Shown here one piece after another: positions 1 to 15,000 of a DNA stretch of 64,000 nt. Made by a program: the position numbers and the translations under genes. This DNA is from Candidatus Omnitrophota bacterium (lineage in GTDB: Bacteria > Omnitrophota > Gorgyraeia > Zapsychrales > JANLHA01): positions 129 to 64,128 of the forward strand of contig JBFMEN010000052.1 of assembly GCA_040753435.1 (NCBI GenBank), read 5' to 3'. The notes under the pieces were generated by a model. It was not told the DNA's origin. It worked only from the letters and a program-made list of their open reading frames with translations, and searched no databases. Every line of letters begins with the position of its first letter. Positions within the stretch are counted from its first letter, which is position 1.

Positions 1-3000
1 GCAGCGACAGCAGATCAGGCAATGATCGTCAACGCCCAGGCAGCGCAGGCGATCAAGGTAATGAAACCAACGGTCGTCGAAGCAACGATTGTTGAAGTTG
101 AGCCGACGATAAATAGAACAGCATTAAACGAAGATTTAAGGAAAGTTGAAGCGAATCCTTCGTTAATTGATGGTGCTGATGTTGAGACCCGACTTCCGGT
201 GTTAAGCCAGGCGTTGAAGAACCCGGCGGTAAATGAGGCCGTGATCGAAATAGCCCGGACGGTGGTGGCGGACGTGTTAACGGAGACATCGGAAGACGCA
301 GGCATGAGCGCCGCGCGCTTGAGGACCGTTTCTGATATGGCCGACCGGATCAAGAAAGGACAGCCTGTTCAGAATGTTTGGCGCGGCCGTGCCGTCGAAA
401 CGAAAATGGATGTTGCCCGGCAAACGTTGATCGAAGAGACAGCGGGAGACCAAGGTCTTTATGTTATTCCCGGTAAGGCCTTCTCAATGAAAAACATCGA
501 GACCTGGGTGCGCAATAATCCTGATACCGGAGTTTATATCGCCAATCTCAGTGAAGATCAGCCTTATGTCGAAAAAGTTACGGTGAATACGTCGAGCGGA
601 AATATTGAGCATCAACAGGTGGAAAAAATCAGTTCCGGGATAGTTCTCGTTTTAAGCGGTGCATTGAGTCCGCACAATATGGCCGCCCGAAGTCTTCACA
701 AAATGTACGACGGGTACGGCAAGGTGGTTTTCGATTCCAATTTCTCTATCGGAGATCGACAAACGGTTACGATGCAAGCCAGGCGGTCGCTTGTTATGGT
801 CAAGCCCGGGGATTCTATAGCTGTTCGCCAACTGGCGGTTGTTACAGGGTTAAGTGTTTCCGATATTAAAAAAGAGTTCAAGAAGTTCCAGGAAGATTAC
901 CAGAAAGCAAGGGAAGCCAAAGGCGTCTTGATGGCTGATGAATTGGAGGCGATTATTCCGGACGGATTGGCTGCGTCGATTAAAGATAATCAACAGGCCG
1001 CGGTAGTTTTAGCCGGAATGTCCGGCGTAGATCGGCGAGCATATCAAAAAATTTCATGGGTCGTTCCGGTCAAAGCAGAAAATGATGGATTGATTTTTAT
1101 TCGAAATGTTTATATCGAGACTGCGGCCCTCGACGGCAGCATGATTAAGGATGAAAGTCTCGGGGTTCTCGGGAAGGCGCTGGCCAGCTTAATTGAGCGC
1201 GGAGAAGATTTTGATGTTGTTCATCTCGTTGATCCAAGTACGGTTCAGACTAATGAAGCGATGATCAGAGAGACAGAAGATGGCATCAGGATTCTGGAAC
1301 TGGACCGCAATCTGTTTAATCGCGACGCACGGGGTCTTGTGAGTTATATTTCAGAAGAAATGAAACAGGGGGGTGGTTTCGTTTCGCAGAAAGTCGGCGA
1401 ATTGCTTTCAAGAATTTCGGTGACCCATGAAGAGGTGCATCAACCGGCTGCGGCTTTGATGAGAGACGGCGGAAAGGCTTTGGGTGTTTTGGAAACGCGT
1501 CCGATTTCCGCGGAAGATAACCTTAAACTGGTGAACGCCCAGGCTCAAAGAGCCGGGGAAGTTTTAGCGGGGACATCCGTTCCTCAGCCAGACCCATTCA
1601 TAAGGACAACACCTCCGGCTCTGCAATCACGAGCGGCTTCTGATCAATCTATGCTGCCGAAAATTTCAAAAGAAAACGCCGGGGATGCGGATGTCGTACA
1701 AACGGTAGTAGAAGGGCCTTCTTTCTCTGATGAGGCGATTCTGTCGGCATCAGAACAAAAAACGAAAATGCTTCAGGAGATTGTGACAGCGTTACCGGCA
1801 GAAGCGGCGAAAGAGACGATCGCTCGGACTAATCCGGAAGCTGATCAGCTGGCGATTGAGAGGGAATTGGAGGAGGTCGTTTCGTTAAGATTGCGGGGAG
1901 GACAAGAGTCGCCGGATGTCCCGGAACTGAACAAAGCGTTAAATGATGCGAAGATTCAGCAATCGGTCGCAATGCAATTCCGGAATCAAGTATCCGGAAC
2001 CGCCGAAGAATTGGCGGACAAGATTTCGGCGTCGTTGGAAAATATAGAAGAAGCTTTATCGGGAATCGAGAACGCGCCGGATCAGGAAACAGCGAAACAG
2101 GCGGCCGACAAACTCTGGACAAACGGCAATGCAATTGTGACATCTGTCCGTGGAGTGATGAGTAAATCAGGCGCGATCGGATGGCGGCTTGGTCAAACGT
2201 TGACTCGAGGAGGCGGAGGGATTCTTTCCAAATATGACGTGGCAGCGTCTGCCCAGGTTTTGGCGGGAGCTGGTATGTTTTTGGGTGTGGACCGGAATAA
2301 TGAAAAGAGCCGGACGGATGTCAGGAATGAGATCGCGCGATTGAAGAATACGGTTTCGTTATTAAGAAGCGCAAAGAATGAAGATATTCAGATGGGTTCT
2401 CATAATGGCATTCCGGTCATGTTGTTTGGAGAAGCGCCCTCTGCAAAAGAGATAAAAGTTGAGGTCACGGTTTCACGATCGGCTGACGTGAGTGTTCCTT
2501 CCGAAGAACAGATAAAAATACCTGATGACCAGGCGATACTGACGACGCACAGAGGGCTGCCAGACGGGGCAATGATCACTGGGCCGCAAACACGGGCGGT
2601 TCATGAGATCGTGAGAGCCTTCTTGCAGCCGAAGGCGGCGGAAGAAATAATTGTACGTGCCGGCGCCGGAATTAATCCCGAATCACTTAGAGACGATTTG
2701 GCGAGGGTTGCCTCGTCTGTAACAGTTTCCGGGGATGCAGAGACACCGGCGGCAGATCTTCCCGAATTGAATAAAGCCCTGGAGAGTGAAGATGTGCGGA
2801 AGGCCCTCGCCGTACAATTCAGGGATGACTCGGTCAGGATTGCTGAAGGAATTGCCGCGAACTCGATGAATTTGCTTGAAGAGATCGAGGCCGAATTTGA
2901 CGTGATTGAAAAAAGCGAAGATCTTGTGAGTGCGAAACAAGCTGCCGGGAAGATTTTGGGTTACAGCAAAGATTTAGCCTCGTCGGTTCAAAGTTTATCA

Positions 3001-6000
3001 AATAAACCCGACGGCATTGAGCGCGGGATCGGGAGAACGATTTCAAAAGGAGGGGCTTTTGCGAAACTGGATATCGTCAGTCGCACGCAGAGCCTCATGT
3101 ATGCGGTCGAATTTCTGCAAATGAAGAATTTCAGCGATGACCAGAAAGAAGATGTTCGAAATAAAATTCAAGAGCTGAAGAACACTGTTTCATTGTTGAA
3201 AAATCCGGGGGCGCAAGACATTCATCTCGGGCATTATCAGGGATATCCTGTTGTTGTCTTTGGCGAAATGCCGTTTGATTCGAGGATACGGCACCTGGCT
3301 ACAGTTTCAGTTTCTTCGGAAATTATTATACCGGCTGCAACTCCGACCGCATCATCATTGCGGGATGAGGCAATATTATCATCTGATTTATTAAGGGCAA
3401 CTGCCTGGACCGGGACGAGAAATTTAGGCTTGGGCAAGGCCCTGATGAAAGAAAAAGATTTATTTGGAGGGAACTGGGCGGCTCTGACGACGGGAAGCGG
3501 CTCCGGTATACCGGCGGATTCCGCCATGCTCTCTTTTGATGAGGCTTCGGTCCAATTTAAGGCAGCCAGGGAAAGATTGGGAGAGATCAGGGATACTGTC
3601 AAAAGAATGGACAGCGATTTTCCCAAGTGGCAGGAAGCGCTGAACGGATTGACCGCGAGGGGGCCGGTGACCGATCAATCCAGAAGAAATGCGCAAAACC
3701 TTGACGCAAAAATCAAGGGAGCTATCGGTAAGCGCATCAAGCTCGACTCTGAGGCAAGCGAGAGGCGTGAAGAACTGTTGACTGCGTCAAATGAAATGGT
3801 CAGGAGATATCTGGAAGGAAATGTTCCGGAGACTCGGGAGGCCTATGACTTGACGCGCGAAGCCGCACAGATTCTCGGCGAGCATGCGCCTGACAGCAGA
3901 GAAATTCAAAACAGGATGTCTCTCCTGAAGAAAGAAAAATCAGACCTCCTGGAAAAGAAGCGCTTGTTGATCGAAGAAAAAGTTTCGCTTGATCGCAGCG
4001 AAGTTTCGTCATTGAAGCAGCTTGAGACGGCGCGCAAGCTTGCGGATGCAATTGAAAAGGATATTGAGGACCAGGAAAGAACGGGACGGCCTGTAGATAC
4101 ATTATATGGGCAATGGGAGCTCGCGCTTGAGAAGGTTGATGCCGGGCAAAAAATGATTGATCAGATGCGAGCGGGGAAAGACCGGACGATCGGCGCGATC
4201 AAGGCCGTTGATAAGGAAATAAGGAGCCTGGAATTCAAAGCGAGTGAAGTCGGAGCCGCGCCGACAAAAGAATATTATCAGAGAATGGCGGCGGAGATTA
4301 GAAGTCTTGCGGTAAATACTAAAGATGAAGCCATCCTGGTCCCGGCAGGTGCGTCTGCTGCAGCAAGGGTTCCGGCAGGGCGAATTTCCATGTCCGAAGA
4401 AAAAGCCCTGAATCTTGCCGGAATGAATCCGGTTAGCCTCGCGGCAGAATTTACGGCAACGCCTGTTAATTTGTGGGATGGCGAAGTTATTTCCTATCGT
4501 GAAAAATCAGCAAGACTTGATTCCGATTTACAACGTCAACAAGCTGAAAAATTGGCGGGCGAGTTAAAAACTTCTTTTGGCGAGGCGCCGATTAACATTA
4601 ACGAATATCCCGCGCGGCTGATGTCTCTTGATAGCGGAGAAAGTCAATACCGCGGCATTATCAGCTTTGATGATGTTCTGGCCGATCTTGATGTCAATAA
4701 AGTGAATACGTTTATTGCGCAATTGAAGGGCGCCCCCGTTCAAGGGAAACTGGCGCTGGCAACCGGGGCGACGAGTTTGAGCACGGATGAACATATTGTT
4801 TTCGTTGCCCGGGAATCGAAAGATGTGGAAACAGCGCTAATGATCGCGCACGAAGTATTTAAGCATAATCCTGCCGATTTAACGGCGCCGGTCCGGATGG
4901 AGGTTAGCCAGGATACCCCAGACGGGTCTTATCGGGACTTTTTGGTGAATGAGCTGAAACAGTCGGCGAGGGCCGGAAAAGATTTTGATATCAATGAGGT
5001 GCGCAAAAAATTAACTTCTCTTAATATTGTGCCGCCGATTGATTTTGTTCCCCGCAAGGTTGCGGACGCTGATGCTGCTATGCTCACTCAGATTGACGGG
5101 ACGACCAGGGTGAAATTCGATGAAGAAAGAAAGGTGTTTCCTTTTGTTTCCGGATTGGCCGTTTCCGAAATCCGCGGCAGAAAACCTGATGACATTCAGT
5201 CGATCTGGGAGAAATACTTAAAGGCATTGTCAGAGCTGAGGTTTAAAGAGGCCAAAAACAGTTTGTCGAGTTTGAGGGCTTTGTCCAGATCAAAAAGGCA
5301 GGTTTATCAGGAGATCTTTTCGCCGCAGAATATCCAGCGGGAAATCGAATGGATAGAAAAGCTTGAGCGTGATGAACGGTATTCTGGATCAGTTAATTAT
5401 CTTGTTGAGAAGAGATTGAAGCCTTTTGATCAGGGGGATAGCGATCGCGCCCCTGATATGGCCTTTAATTCAAAAGTATTGAAAAGCAATCTGGATATGG
5501 TTCAAGATTTCTCAAGTGGGGTTAACGAAAAAACCGGACAAACGGTAAAGAATTACTTTTTTGACAAGCTGCGCGGCGATTTTGTCAGTCTCTTGAGAAA
5601 GACAAAAGAAGAAACAGATCAGGACGGCCTTGTTTTGAAGGATTTGGAACCGTATTTTGACGATATGCGGATTACGTCGAGAACCAGGTCTCTGCTGCGT
5701 ATTTACATTGCCTTAAAAGACAAGGATGAATTGATTACTTCGCAAGTTTTGGCGCGAGAATACGGATTTCCTGACGAAGATTTTGAAGGCTTGTCTTTGA
5801 ATGAAAAGAGTGCCAGAAAACTTGAAATTATCGATCAGGAACTGAAGCAGAACCGGCCGATGCTTTCATTTATTCAGGATTTTCACGTCGAAGATGAGGC
5901 CGCTGTCCATCAACGATATAAAGCACAACTTGAAGAATTAGATCGCGAGATTGCGGAGTTGATTATTGAGGAGAATCCGGAAATTAGTCGGTACGATGAT

Positions 6001-9000
6001 TATGTCCGTGCGGTTGCGGATTTTGTTCAGGTAAAGATTCCCGGAATTGTTAAGGTTCGATTAAAAGAGCCGGACATCGGGATGACGCCGAAAGAATTTT
6101 TCAAAATTAAAGAGGCCGGAGACGCTAAAGCAAGTCAGGTTCAGGTTCCTTTGAAATTTAGCGTTACCAGAGACGGGGAAGAAGAACAATGGAATTTGGC
6201 CGTCATTCCCCATAGGAACTGGGTTGATTTAACCCAATTACAGAGAGATATTCAGAGATCGAATATAAGAGGAAAGATTGAGAATTTCCTGAAGCGGAGA
6301 GAACATCCAGAGTTTGCCCAGGCTTATGGGGTAACGATTAAGCGGATTCTTTTTGATCGGCAGACCAGAATGTACGTCAGGATTTTCGAAGAAGAAAAAA
6401 CAATGGTAATTTTTGGATATGGGGCCACAAAAGATTTTAAAAATGGTCATGACCAAATAGATCTCAAGCTGATTGAATATACGAATCAATATCTTGGAGA
6501 TCCGATGTCTCCGAATGGAAGGAGGTCATTGGCAGATCTTGCTGTTGAACCGCTAATGGTTCCAGGCGATCGAGCGATGCTGACGGAAGAGGATTTCAAA
6601 GAAGGATTAGCCGCTGTCGTAAATGAATTCAATAAAAAGACCGGAGCCGTGCCTTATGTGGCTGTTATTTCAGGGAAAGCCTCTTCCGATGAAAAGATTT
6701 ATCAAATGGCCGTGGCCCAGGGGATGCGGCCGGCCGATCAGGTTATAAGCCAGGAGGAATACGTTCAGAATCCTTCAAGGATAACGAATATTGTTGTATT
6801 TAATGAAGCCTTAAGTGCGGTCATTCCGACAGCGAATCAAATTGATTCGATTAGAGAGGCGGCTGCAACAGCCGGAATGTCAAAGATTGCTGTTTCAGTC
6901 GTTTCTCCTGTTGTTTCTTGGGATGCGGTTGAAGGTGTTCGAGAGGTATTCGCAAATGATCTTACCGTAGAGGTTGTTCTTTATACTCCGCAGATTTCGC
7001 AGTCCCCAGCGGCAGAAATTGTTCAACAAAAGCCTGGGTCTCAGCAGGCGGTTATTTTTGAAAACACATTTGATCAGGGATCTTCAGGTGAACGTAAGGA
7101 CCGGAATGGCATAAGGAAAGCCTTGCCAGCGCTGGTGTTTGGAATCACTCTCTTGATTAATTCCGCTTTTATCGGGGTTCCGGCTGGGTCAGTTCATGCC
7201 GGCATGGTTGCGACCTCCGCTCCCAAGGTTGTTCAGCAGATGTCTGAACCTCCGCCGGTTGTTACTCCTGAAATGAGAACTGTTTCTGTCCTGTCCGATC
7301 AGGCAAAGCGCAAGGCCGATGAGATGGCCAGACAAGCGGAAAAAGTTCTGAAAGGTCAGACTGTCGGCGCGTCAGAACAGGCAGCCAGGAAGGCCAGGGC
7401 TGTCATAGAAAGGGCCGAAAAATCAGCACAAATTTCTACTCCGTCTATTATTGAGGAAGACAAGGCTGTTCTTCCTGGTCAAACCACGTTAGATTTTCTG
7501 GGTGAAGAAGATGCTAAACCGGCAACAACTCGTGAAATAATACCTGTCGAACCCATATTGGATGTCCCCGTCTTTAATATAATGGCGCCTTCTTTGAACC
7601 TTCCGATGGCGCCAGTTATGCCGTTAGCTTCTAATAAACAGAGTGATTGGACTCCTTTAACAGGAAGAGATTATAAAGCTATTCCTGTTTCAGCGCAGAA
7701 CCATGTTCCTGAACCTGCTGCAGAGCCTGATGGAGGTTCGGGTGATGGGACCGGTTCAACTAAAGCGGGCAACAAGGCAGGATCAACGCCATTTGTCCAG
7801 TTAGCACGGCAAATGCAGCCATTAACAAAAGATGCCCGGCTGGTTGATGAAAGCAATTTAAAAGAAACACAAGCCGATTTTATTCGAACAGATGGTGATA
7901 AAGCAAACAGAACTCGTTTTAATTCTTCTGGTACGAGTCCGACGATTTCTGTCTCTGTCGCCCTTTCCACAAAGGGTCAGACAGATGGAGCAGTAGAGTG
8001 GAACAGACTTGAAGAATCAAATGTTGTAACAGCAGTAGAAGGTGTTGTTTTTGAAAATGTGGCTAACTTGTTAAGTAGCAAAGCTTTAGTTAGAGCGGCG
8101 CTTAGCGAGGGAGAAGCAGGTGCGCAGACTGTATCTTTCGAGATGAAACTTGCGCAAGCAGTAGATACAGAAGCAGAAGTAGAAGTAATAGTAGCAAAAG
8201 GACAAAATGAGGTTGTTGGTGGAGCTTATGGTAGCGTAAGAACGGGTACGAAGCTTAATGGGGAAGAAACAGCAGCGTTGGCTGTGCGCTTTGGCGCAGA
8301 AAACACGCAAGTAGTAGAAACACATGTAGTAGAAGTGCCTGTTGAGACGGTTGTAAGAAGTAATCGTGGTAGAAGTAGTCGTTCTTTAGAGAATCCGAGC
8401 GTTGTAGCTATGATCCGGTCTTCAGATATATTGGAGGCAGGGGAGCTCATTGCGGAGGTTCTGATCAGTACAGTCAGTGCAGTTGTTGATGTTGTTAAAG
8501 GCGGCGTATTAGGTTCTAGAAGTGTACCCTCTAGCGATAGAGAGAATACATCTAGAGAACAAGCGTTACCTGTGGTTCTTATCGTGTGGAACTTGGCTGG
8601 CAATAAAGGATCCAAGGGTAAGAATCGAAAAGTAGTACGAGATGCTGCGATGATTGCTCAAGTGAAAGCTTGGGTTAAACATGCGGCAAAATATGCTGAG
8701 ACGGTTGTAAGAAGTATCGGTAGAAGTACTCGCTCTGCTGGAAACAAACGAGAAACAAGAAGTGCTCCTGCTGAATCTGATAGCAGTGATGCTGATGACG
8801 ATGCGGAAGGTTCTCGAAGTTTGGATTCCAATAAAGATGAAAGTGAAACAGTAAGTGGCAGAAAAGCATTGAGATCTGCCAAAGCTAATGTTCCTGAAGT
8901 TTATGCTGAAAAGCAAGAATTTAGGAATGTAACTGTTGAGAATAAATATAGAGAAGATACGAAGGAAGCTGAAGTAAAGGCTTCTGATAATCCTGAGTTG

Positions 9001-12000
9001 CGAAAAGAAAGAAAAGCAGCCCAGGATAAATCTCTACCACAAGTACCGGTTGTGAACATAACCAGAAGGATATCCGAGTCGAAAGATAAGGATATGAAGT
9101 TCTGGAAGTTTGTACGTGAAGCAATCGGTCAAGCCACAAAAGCATCTCAAGAGATCCTCAGAAGGATACGCGGTGCTTGGTTTGCGTTTGTAATCGAGAA
9201 AATCAAGTACAGTATCTCTATTCGTGCGTCCAATTCAGTAGAAAATAACATTAACCATAATATTCAAAAGAGCCCGATTGAAGGCGTCTTTGGCATTGCT
9301 AAAGCTGTCTTTAATCGGGCTTCTTGGTTTGTTGCTTCTAAACAACAAGCCGAAAACAAAGGAGGCGCAAAATGGTTATCGTCAATACTCGAAGGGCTGA
9401 AGACATTGAATTCAAGTATTTCCTTGAAATTCCACGCAGCAATTGCACGTTCTGCTCTTGCAGAGACAGGGGTACAGGCCGAAGCAAGCTATACCTTATC
9501 TTTACCACAGGTAACTTCAGGGTTTATGAAAGAAACGGGCTCAAAGGAACCTGGGAACGTGTTACTGAAGATGAGCAAAGACGAATCCATGCTTTCTTCA
9601 CCCAGGCAGCCTGCAGCAGACAAGTCCCTCATTTCAGCAACAACCGTTTCCAGGAAATCCTTAACCTCAACTAACGGTGAAGATGAGGAAAAAACGTCTT
9701 CATCAGAGCAATCCGAAAAAGCTCAAGATTCAGCCTCTGTTTCCAGAAAAGTCTTAACAGGCATATTCCTTGCCGTTGTCGCATTATCAGGCGCATTAAT
9801 GGCTATAGGAATGGGTACGGCTGAATTCTGGGCGATTTTCGCGATTGCTCTGATCAGCGGCGGCTTTATAGCCAGTCGAATTTTCAATGATATTAAAAAA
9901 TTCGAAGCCGAAAAACGAAGGCCTTCTGATAAAGATAAACAGAAGGAATTAAAGTCTAAATATGGACCAGTGTTCCAGGCCGTTAAGATTGAGGCTGCTT
10001 TGTCAGAAGCCGTTGCCCGGTTACATGCGGCGGCTGCTTTGGTTGATAAAGAGGAAGCAATCAATCTGCGCAAGCAGGCAAAGCTGATCGAAGACGGGCA
10101 ATACGAATCAGTGATTGATGAGCACGCTTCTTCAGAGGAAATCGTCAGCCTTCTTTTGACCATAGCCCTAAGGAAGGCAGGATTAAGCAAAGTTGATCAG
10201 ATGGTCCGCGATCTTATGCGGATTCAGGTAGAAGTTTCTGATGTTTTAGGGAAATACAGCCAAACATCAGTTAGCGGACAGGTACGGGAATATGTTCAAC
10301 ATGAATTTGGGTATGCGGTATCCGATGATATGTTGAGCAAGGCCAGATCCAGAGCCCGGAAAGTTTATGAATTGTTCCAGGGCCGTCTGCAGAAAACAGA
10401 AAAGCTTCTTAAGATCCTTCAGACTTTGGAGCAGCAGAGACAGGGAATTGAAGACAGGCAGAAAGCGTTTAATGCAAAGCATCCGAAACCCGTTTCCCGC
10501 GAGCTTAAACAGATCAAAAAGGAATACCAGAAGAGAGCCGTTGCGATTAATCGCAAAATCAACGCTGTTTCTAAAGATATTGAGTATTTGCGGCTGAACA
10601 CCCTGTTCGGTTCTTATTTAAGAATAATAATTACGGAAGTTGTCCGTGAAGCCCGTTTGCAGGCATTACGCGATCATGGAGAACAAGCTAACAGGCTTTT
10701 CGCTGCCAGGACCAGACTTGAGAAGCTTGAGAAAAAGACAGCCGGAAAGACAGGAAAAGCCAGGGCCGCTGTAGATGCCGAGATCATTGTCCTGAAAAAC
10801 GAGATTCGTATTCTGCAAAACGCGATCGATTCATTTGATGCCGAAACAGAAACGATGGCCGGGAAGGCCAGGAAGGATATCGCTAATGAATTCGGTCCTG
10901 TTGAAATGCCCGCGTCGGTTGAAACTCCTGTTCAAATGCTGGCCAAAGCCGCGGGGACCAGGGCTGAGAGGACTTATCTGCGGGGATTATGGTCCGAAAT
11001 TTCCGGCGAGACGATTGTTCCTGAAGAAGAAATCGAGGATGCCGGGGCAAAAGACTTTTTAAGCTGGAAGTTCCTCGCCCGGGTGTTCTCATTCGGATTA
11101 TTATTGAGCCTGGCCGCGCTTGCTGTCTTCCCGTCGGATGCCCAGGGACAGGATAACGATTCAGACGCGGATGAAAACAAAGCCGCCGATCCCTCTATCA
11201 GCAAAGTTGCAAAATCGTCCGCTTACGCAATGGCAGTTTCCATGATGCAACCGGATACTTCCGCCGATGAAAAATCACATTCCCGTTACGGGGAACCGCA
11301 AAAGCGCGGAGCCGAATCAGCCGGGAATCCCGGGCTTCAGGCCGGCAGCGCAATCCATTCTTACCGGGTCGTTGACGCTGTTTACCTTGATTTCGAGAAG
11401 GACGGCAAGAGCCTGAATATCGTTCAATCGAACGGCGAAGCGATGCCGGATATGATGACAGCTTATTTAGGAGAAGGAAACGAGGCGGATCAATTAGTTA
11501 TCGTTACTTCTGATGGAACGAATTTTGCGATCAATATCGAAAATATCTTGAGCGCGCGGGAGAAAGGCGAATTGTTCGTCTCGGTCCGCGACTCTGCTTC
11601 GCAGATTGCCACTATGCCCGTGGCTGCGCTTGCCGACGTACTGTCCGCCCTGGACGGCAGGACCGGAGCCGAAGCCGGAATGGTCTTTATTATCAACAAA
11701 AATTTGAAACAGGACGGCACACCTTTTGAAAAGACCTTGTTGAATTTACTCAGAGCGGTTGCCGGGAAAGAAGACAAACCTTTGATGAAGACAAGGTTTA
11801 CTTACTTCCCCGGGTTCAACGTTTCCCGTTTTGATCACGGCCGTGATTTCTCGGGCGACGTCAAATGCAGGCGCTTTGATGTGTCCGGGATGCTGGCTGA
11901 AATGGCCGGGGATGAATACCGTGTTAAATCCGGAATCAGCGGAAAAGTTGTTAATGTCGAGCGGAAAAAAGACGGGGTTGAGGTAACGGTCGCGGGAGAT

Positions 12001-15000
12001 GGCGGCAACCATGTTTATCGTGGCTTGAAAACTGCTTATGTTCAAAAGGGCGACAAGGTTAAACCTGATCAGAAGATCGGGCGCAGCAGCAATAAGGAAT
12101 CCGTGAAGCCGGTTGTCCTTACCCTGGAACAGAAGGTGCAGAAGGCGGAAAAGACGATTCAGAAGTTAAAAGAAGGCGCCAGGAAAGAAGAGGCGCGGGT
12201 CGAATCGTTTAACAGGAATTTTGAAGAAACAAAAGAAGCCGTTCAAATGTCTATTGACACGAAGGGAAGGATTTATGAAGACAAGGACGTAAAAGAAAGC
12301 GCCGGTAACTATACTTTAGCCCTTATTGGAGAAGAAGAGCAGACGCAGGACAATCAATTAAAGAATATTGAGACGCTGGTAAAGAACATGAATCCGGAGC
12401 AAGATGAAGATGGCGGCCTGCGGATCACTTTGGGACTTGCGCCTCAAGGCCAGGGATTCAGCGGGTCCATTCCGGGATTACAAACCAGGGTCGGCGGCTT
12501 TGAGTTGGGCGCGTCCAGCAAAAACGCATTTACTTCGACGAATGATATTTTCAATACCCTTGTCAAGCCGGACGAATTATTTAACGGAAGCATCGAAAGC
12601 GTAGTGGCAGGATCATTGTATGCCATGCATGTCGGGACGGAGTTCTGGAATTCAGCGATGAGGGAGAAACATCACGGCGACAGGCAGCATGGAATGATCG
12701 TCATGCCGAAACGCGGAGGACAGTGGGTCGCCTTACCGGTAAGCAAGATTGATACGGAAATCGCTGAGCGGCGCATCGTTCTTAACGACCAGGGCGAATA
12801 TAAATTTGTCGGCGATGATGTTCCCAATGAAACCTATGTTCAATTGGAAGACAACTGGTTTGAATTATACAGCGATGCCATTCGAAAACTTTTCGGTCGG
12901 ATGCCGCTTATCGGAAAGATGTTCGGCGATTATGACGCAGACACGGTTATTGAGCGTTACAAAAAGAATATGAATTTTTATATTCCGGGCGATATCGAGA
13001 GACTGTTCTATCTGAAGGCCCTGATGCGCTCCAAGGACAGCAAGGAGATCTGGAGAGTGCAGCGCAAAGGCGAATACCTGCACGGATATGTGTTTAATCA
13101 GGATAATCCCAAAGAAGTGCGCGAGTATTTCCGTACGCGCATTTTTGCAAAAGAACTGAAAGACTGGAGAGAGACCACTCCTGAAGGCCAGGCGATGACC
13201 GGCAACATGAACGATGGAGATGTCTTTGATTATCCTTCTATCGAGCGCTTGATCGCAAACGGCGAAGACGCCCGAAAGGCATCAATATACGGCGGCATCT
13301 TTGATCCGGTAGCGAACAAATTTATCGCTGTTCTGAGCGGCGGCCGCGTTCTTCCGGTGACCCATAATGTTCAATTGACCCTGAGAACCGACGACATCAT
13401 TCGTCTCGGCAAGACCGCGGAAACGGCTGTTGTGCCGATCCGTGTCGGACATTATCTGGATGATAAAAATACTCCGGCCTACGGGATCTTCATCGCAGGT
13501 ACTCAGAACGCGCTGCTTGATTTCTGGCTGAAATATGGAATCCAGCCCGAACAGTACAACAATGTTGCCGGCGTTATGAATGTTTACACTGTCCGCCAGG
13601 GCGATAATCAGGATTATCTTGAGCACGTCGGATATGAGGAAAGGCAGGAAGCTCCGGCCGAAAACGATTTTGTGAAGGTTCAGTATCGCGAAGAAAAGAA
13701 TATGCGCGGCGAAACCGTCAAGCTGCCGTTAATGCTGCAATACCAGGCTAAACAATCCAGGATTTCTTCAATACCGGCAGAACGCCATATTCCTGAAGGC
13801 ATGAAGGTCGTCGTCCTTGAGCCGGTAAAGAAAGACGGCAAGACGATTGCGACAAAGGTCGGGTTCTGGATTCCGAAACCGGGCAGGATGCCGGTCAAGA
13901 GATTTATCACCGAGACCCAGGTTTTCTATCAATTCGCCGGCGAACCTATGCCCGGGGATATCAGCGGATTCCTTGACGCGGGCGAGATCGATAAAGTCGA
14001 GCGCTTCTGGAATTTCGGCAGCGACAAGGAAAAGGTCGATTTGAAGCCGGTTTTTGACCGCAACGATCCAGAAGATCCGAAAAAGAAATTTACCAGGCTG
14101 GCCGTCTATGTTAATCCCGCGACCGGCAAGAAAGAGATTGCGGTTGTGGACTTCGGCGAAAACGCTCCGAAACTGGCTCCTGAAGTTCAGGAAAAGAATT
14201 ACTTCACAAAGAGCTCCGGATATGGCAACAGCAAGCCCGTGGACGGCGTTCCTGTCCTCGTCTCCGTCGAAAAACCGGTGCCGAACCTGGGGCCTTCTTC
14301 AGATGTCATGACGAACATCGTTAATAATCCATATATCAATGATCTTGAAACTTTAAAAGCAAAAATCACGGCGATTAAAGACTGGCCGGCATCTTTGAAG
14401 AACAACCTCATCGCACAGATTGAAAAGGTTCAGGCTCAGTCGCGCGAGATTGAAGCCCACAAAGACGGCTTCAAGGTTTACGGCAAAATCTACCAGACCA
14501 TGATCAAAGAGTTGAACCGCGCTTACCTGCAGGAAGGCCAGTTGTGGACTGAACGCGCCAGGCAGTTATTTGAGATGTTCAAGGAAGACGCCCAGATTGA
14601 TGTGTTGATGAGCTCCGGTGAAATGCTCATTAATGTCCTGAGAAATATTGCCGCCAGCAAGAACATGAAGCCCGAAGATTATGTTGCCATGCTTGAGGCG
14701 ACAGGGAACCTTGAGCAGGCTGTTTATCATGCGATTGGAGAGCATTATCTAATGAATATGGTCCTCGGAGATGACGCGTTTGAGACCTCACATGCCCGGC
14801 TGAAAGCCATCGATGACTATATTGCCAGACTTAACCTGGTCGGGATTGAACGTAGCACCTTGTTTGATACGGAACTGAAATTCGGAGAAAACGGCCGGAT
14901 CCAGAGCCTTGAACAGATCCTTGAATACAATGAGAGAAAGATTGATGAATTTGAAGCGATGAAGACGAACTTGCAGGACATGCTGGCAGCCCGGGACTAT

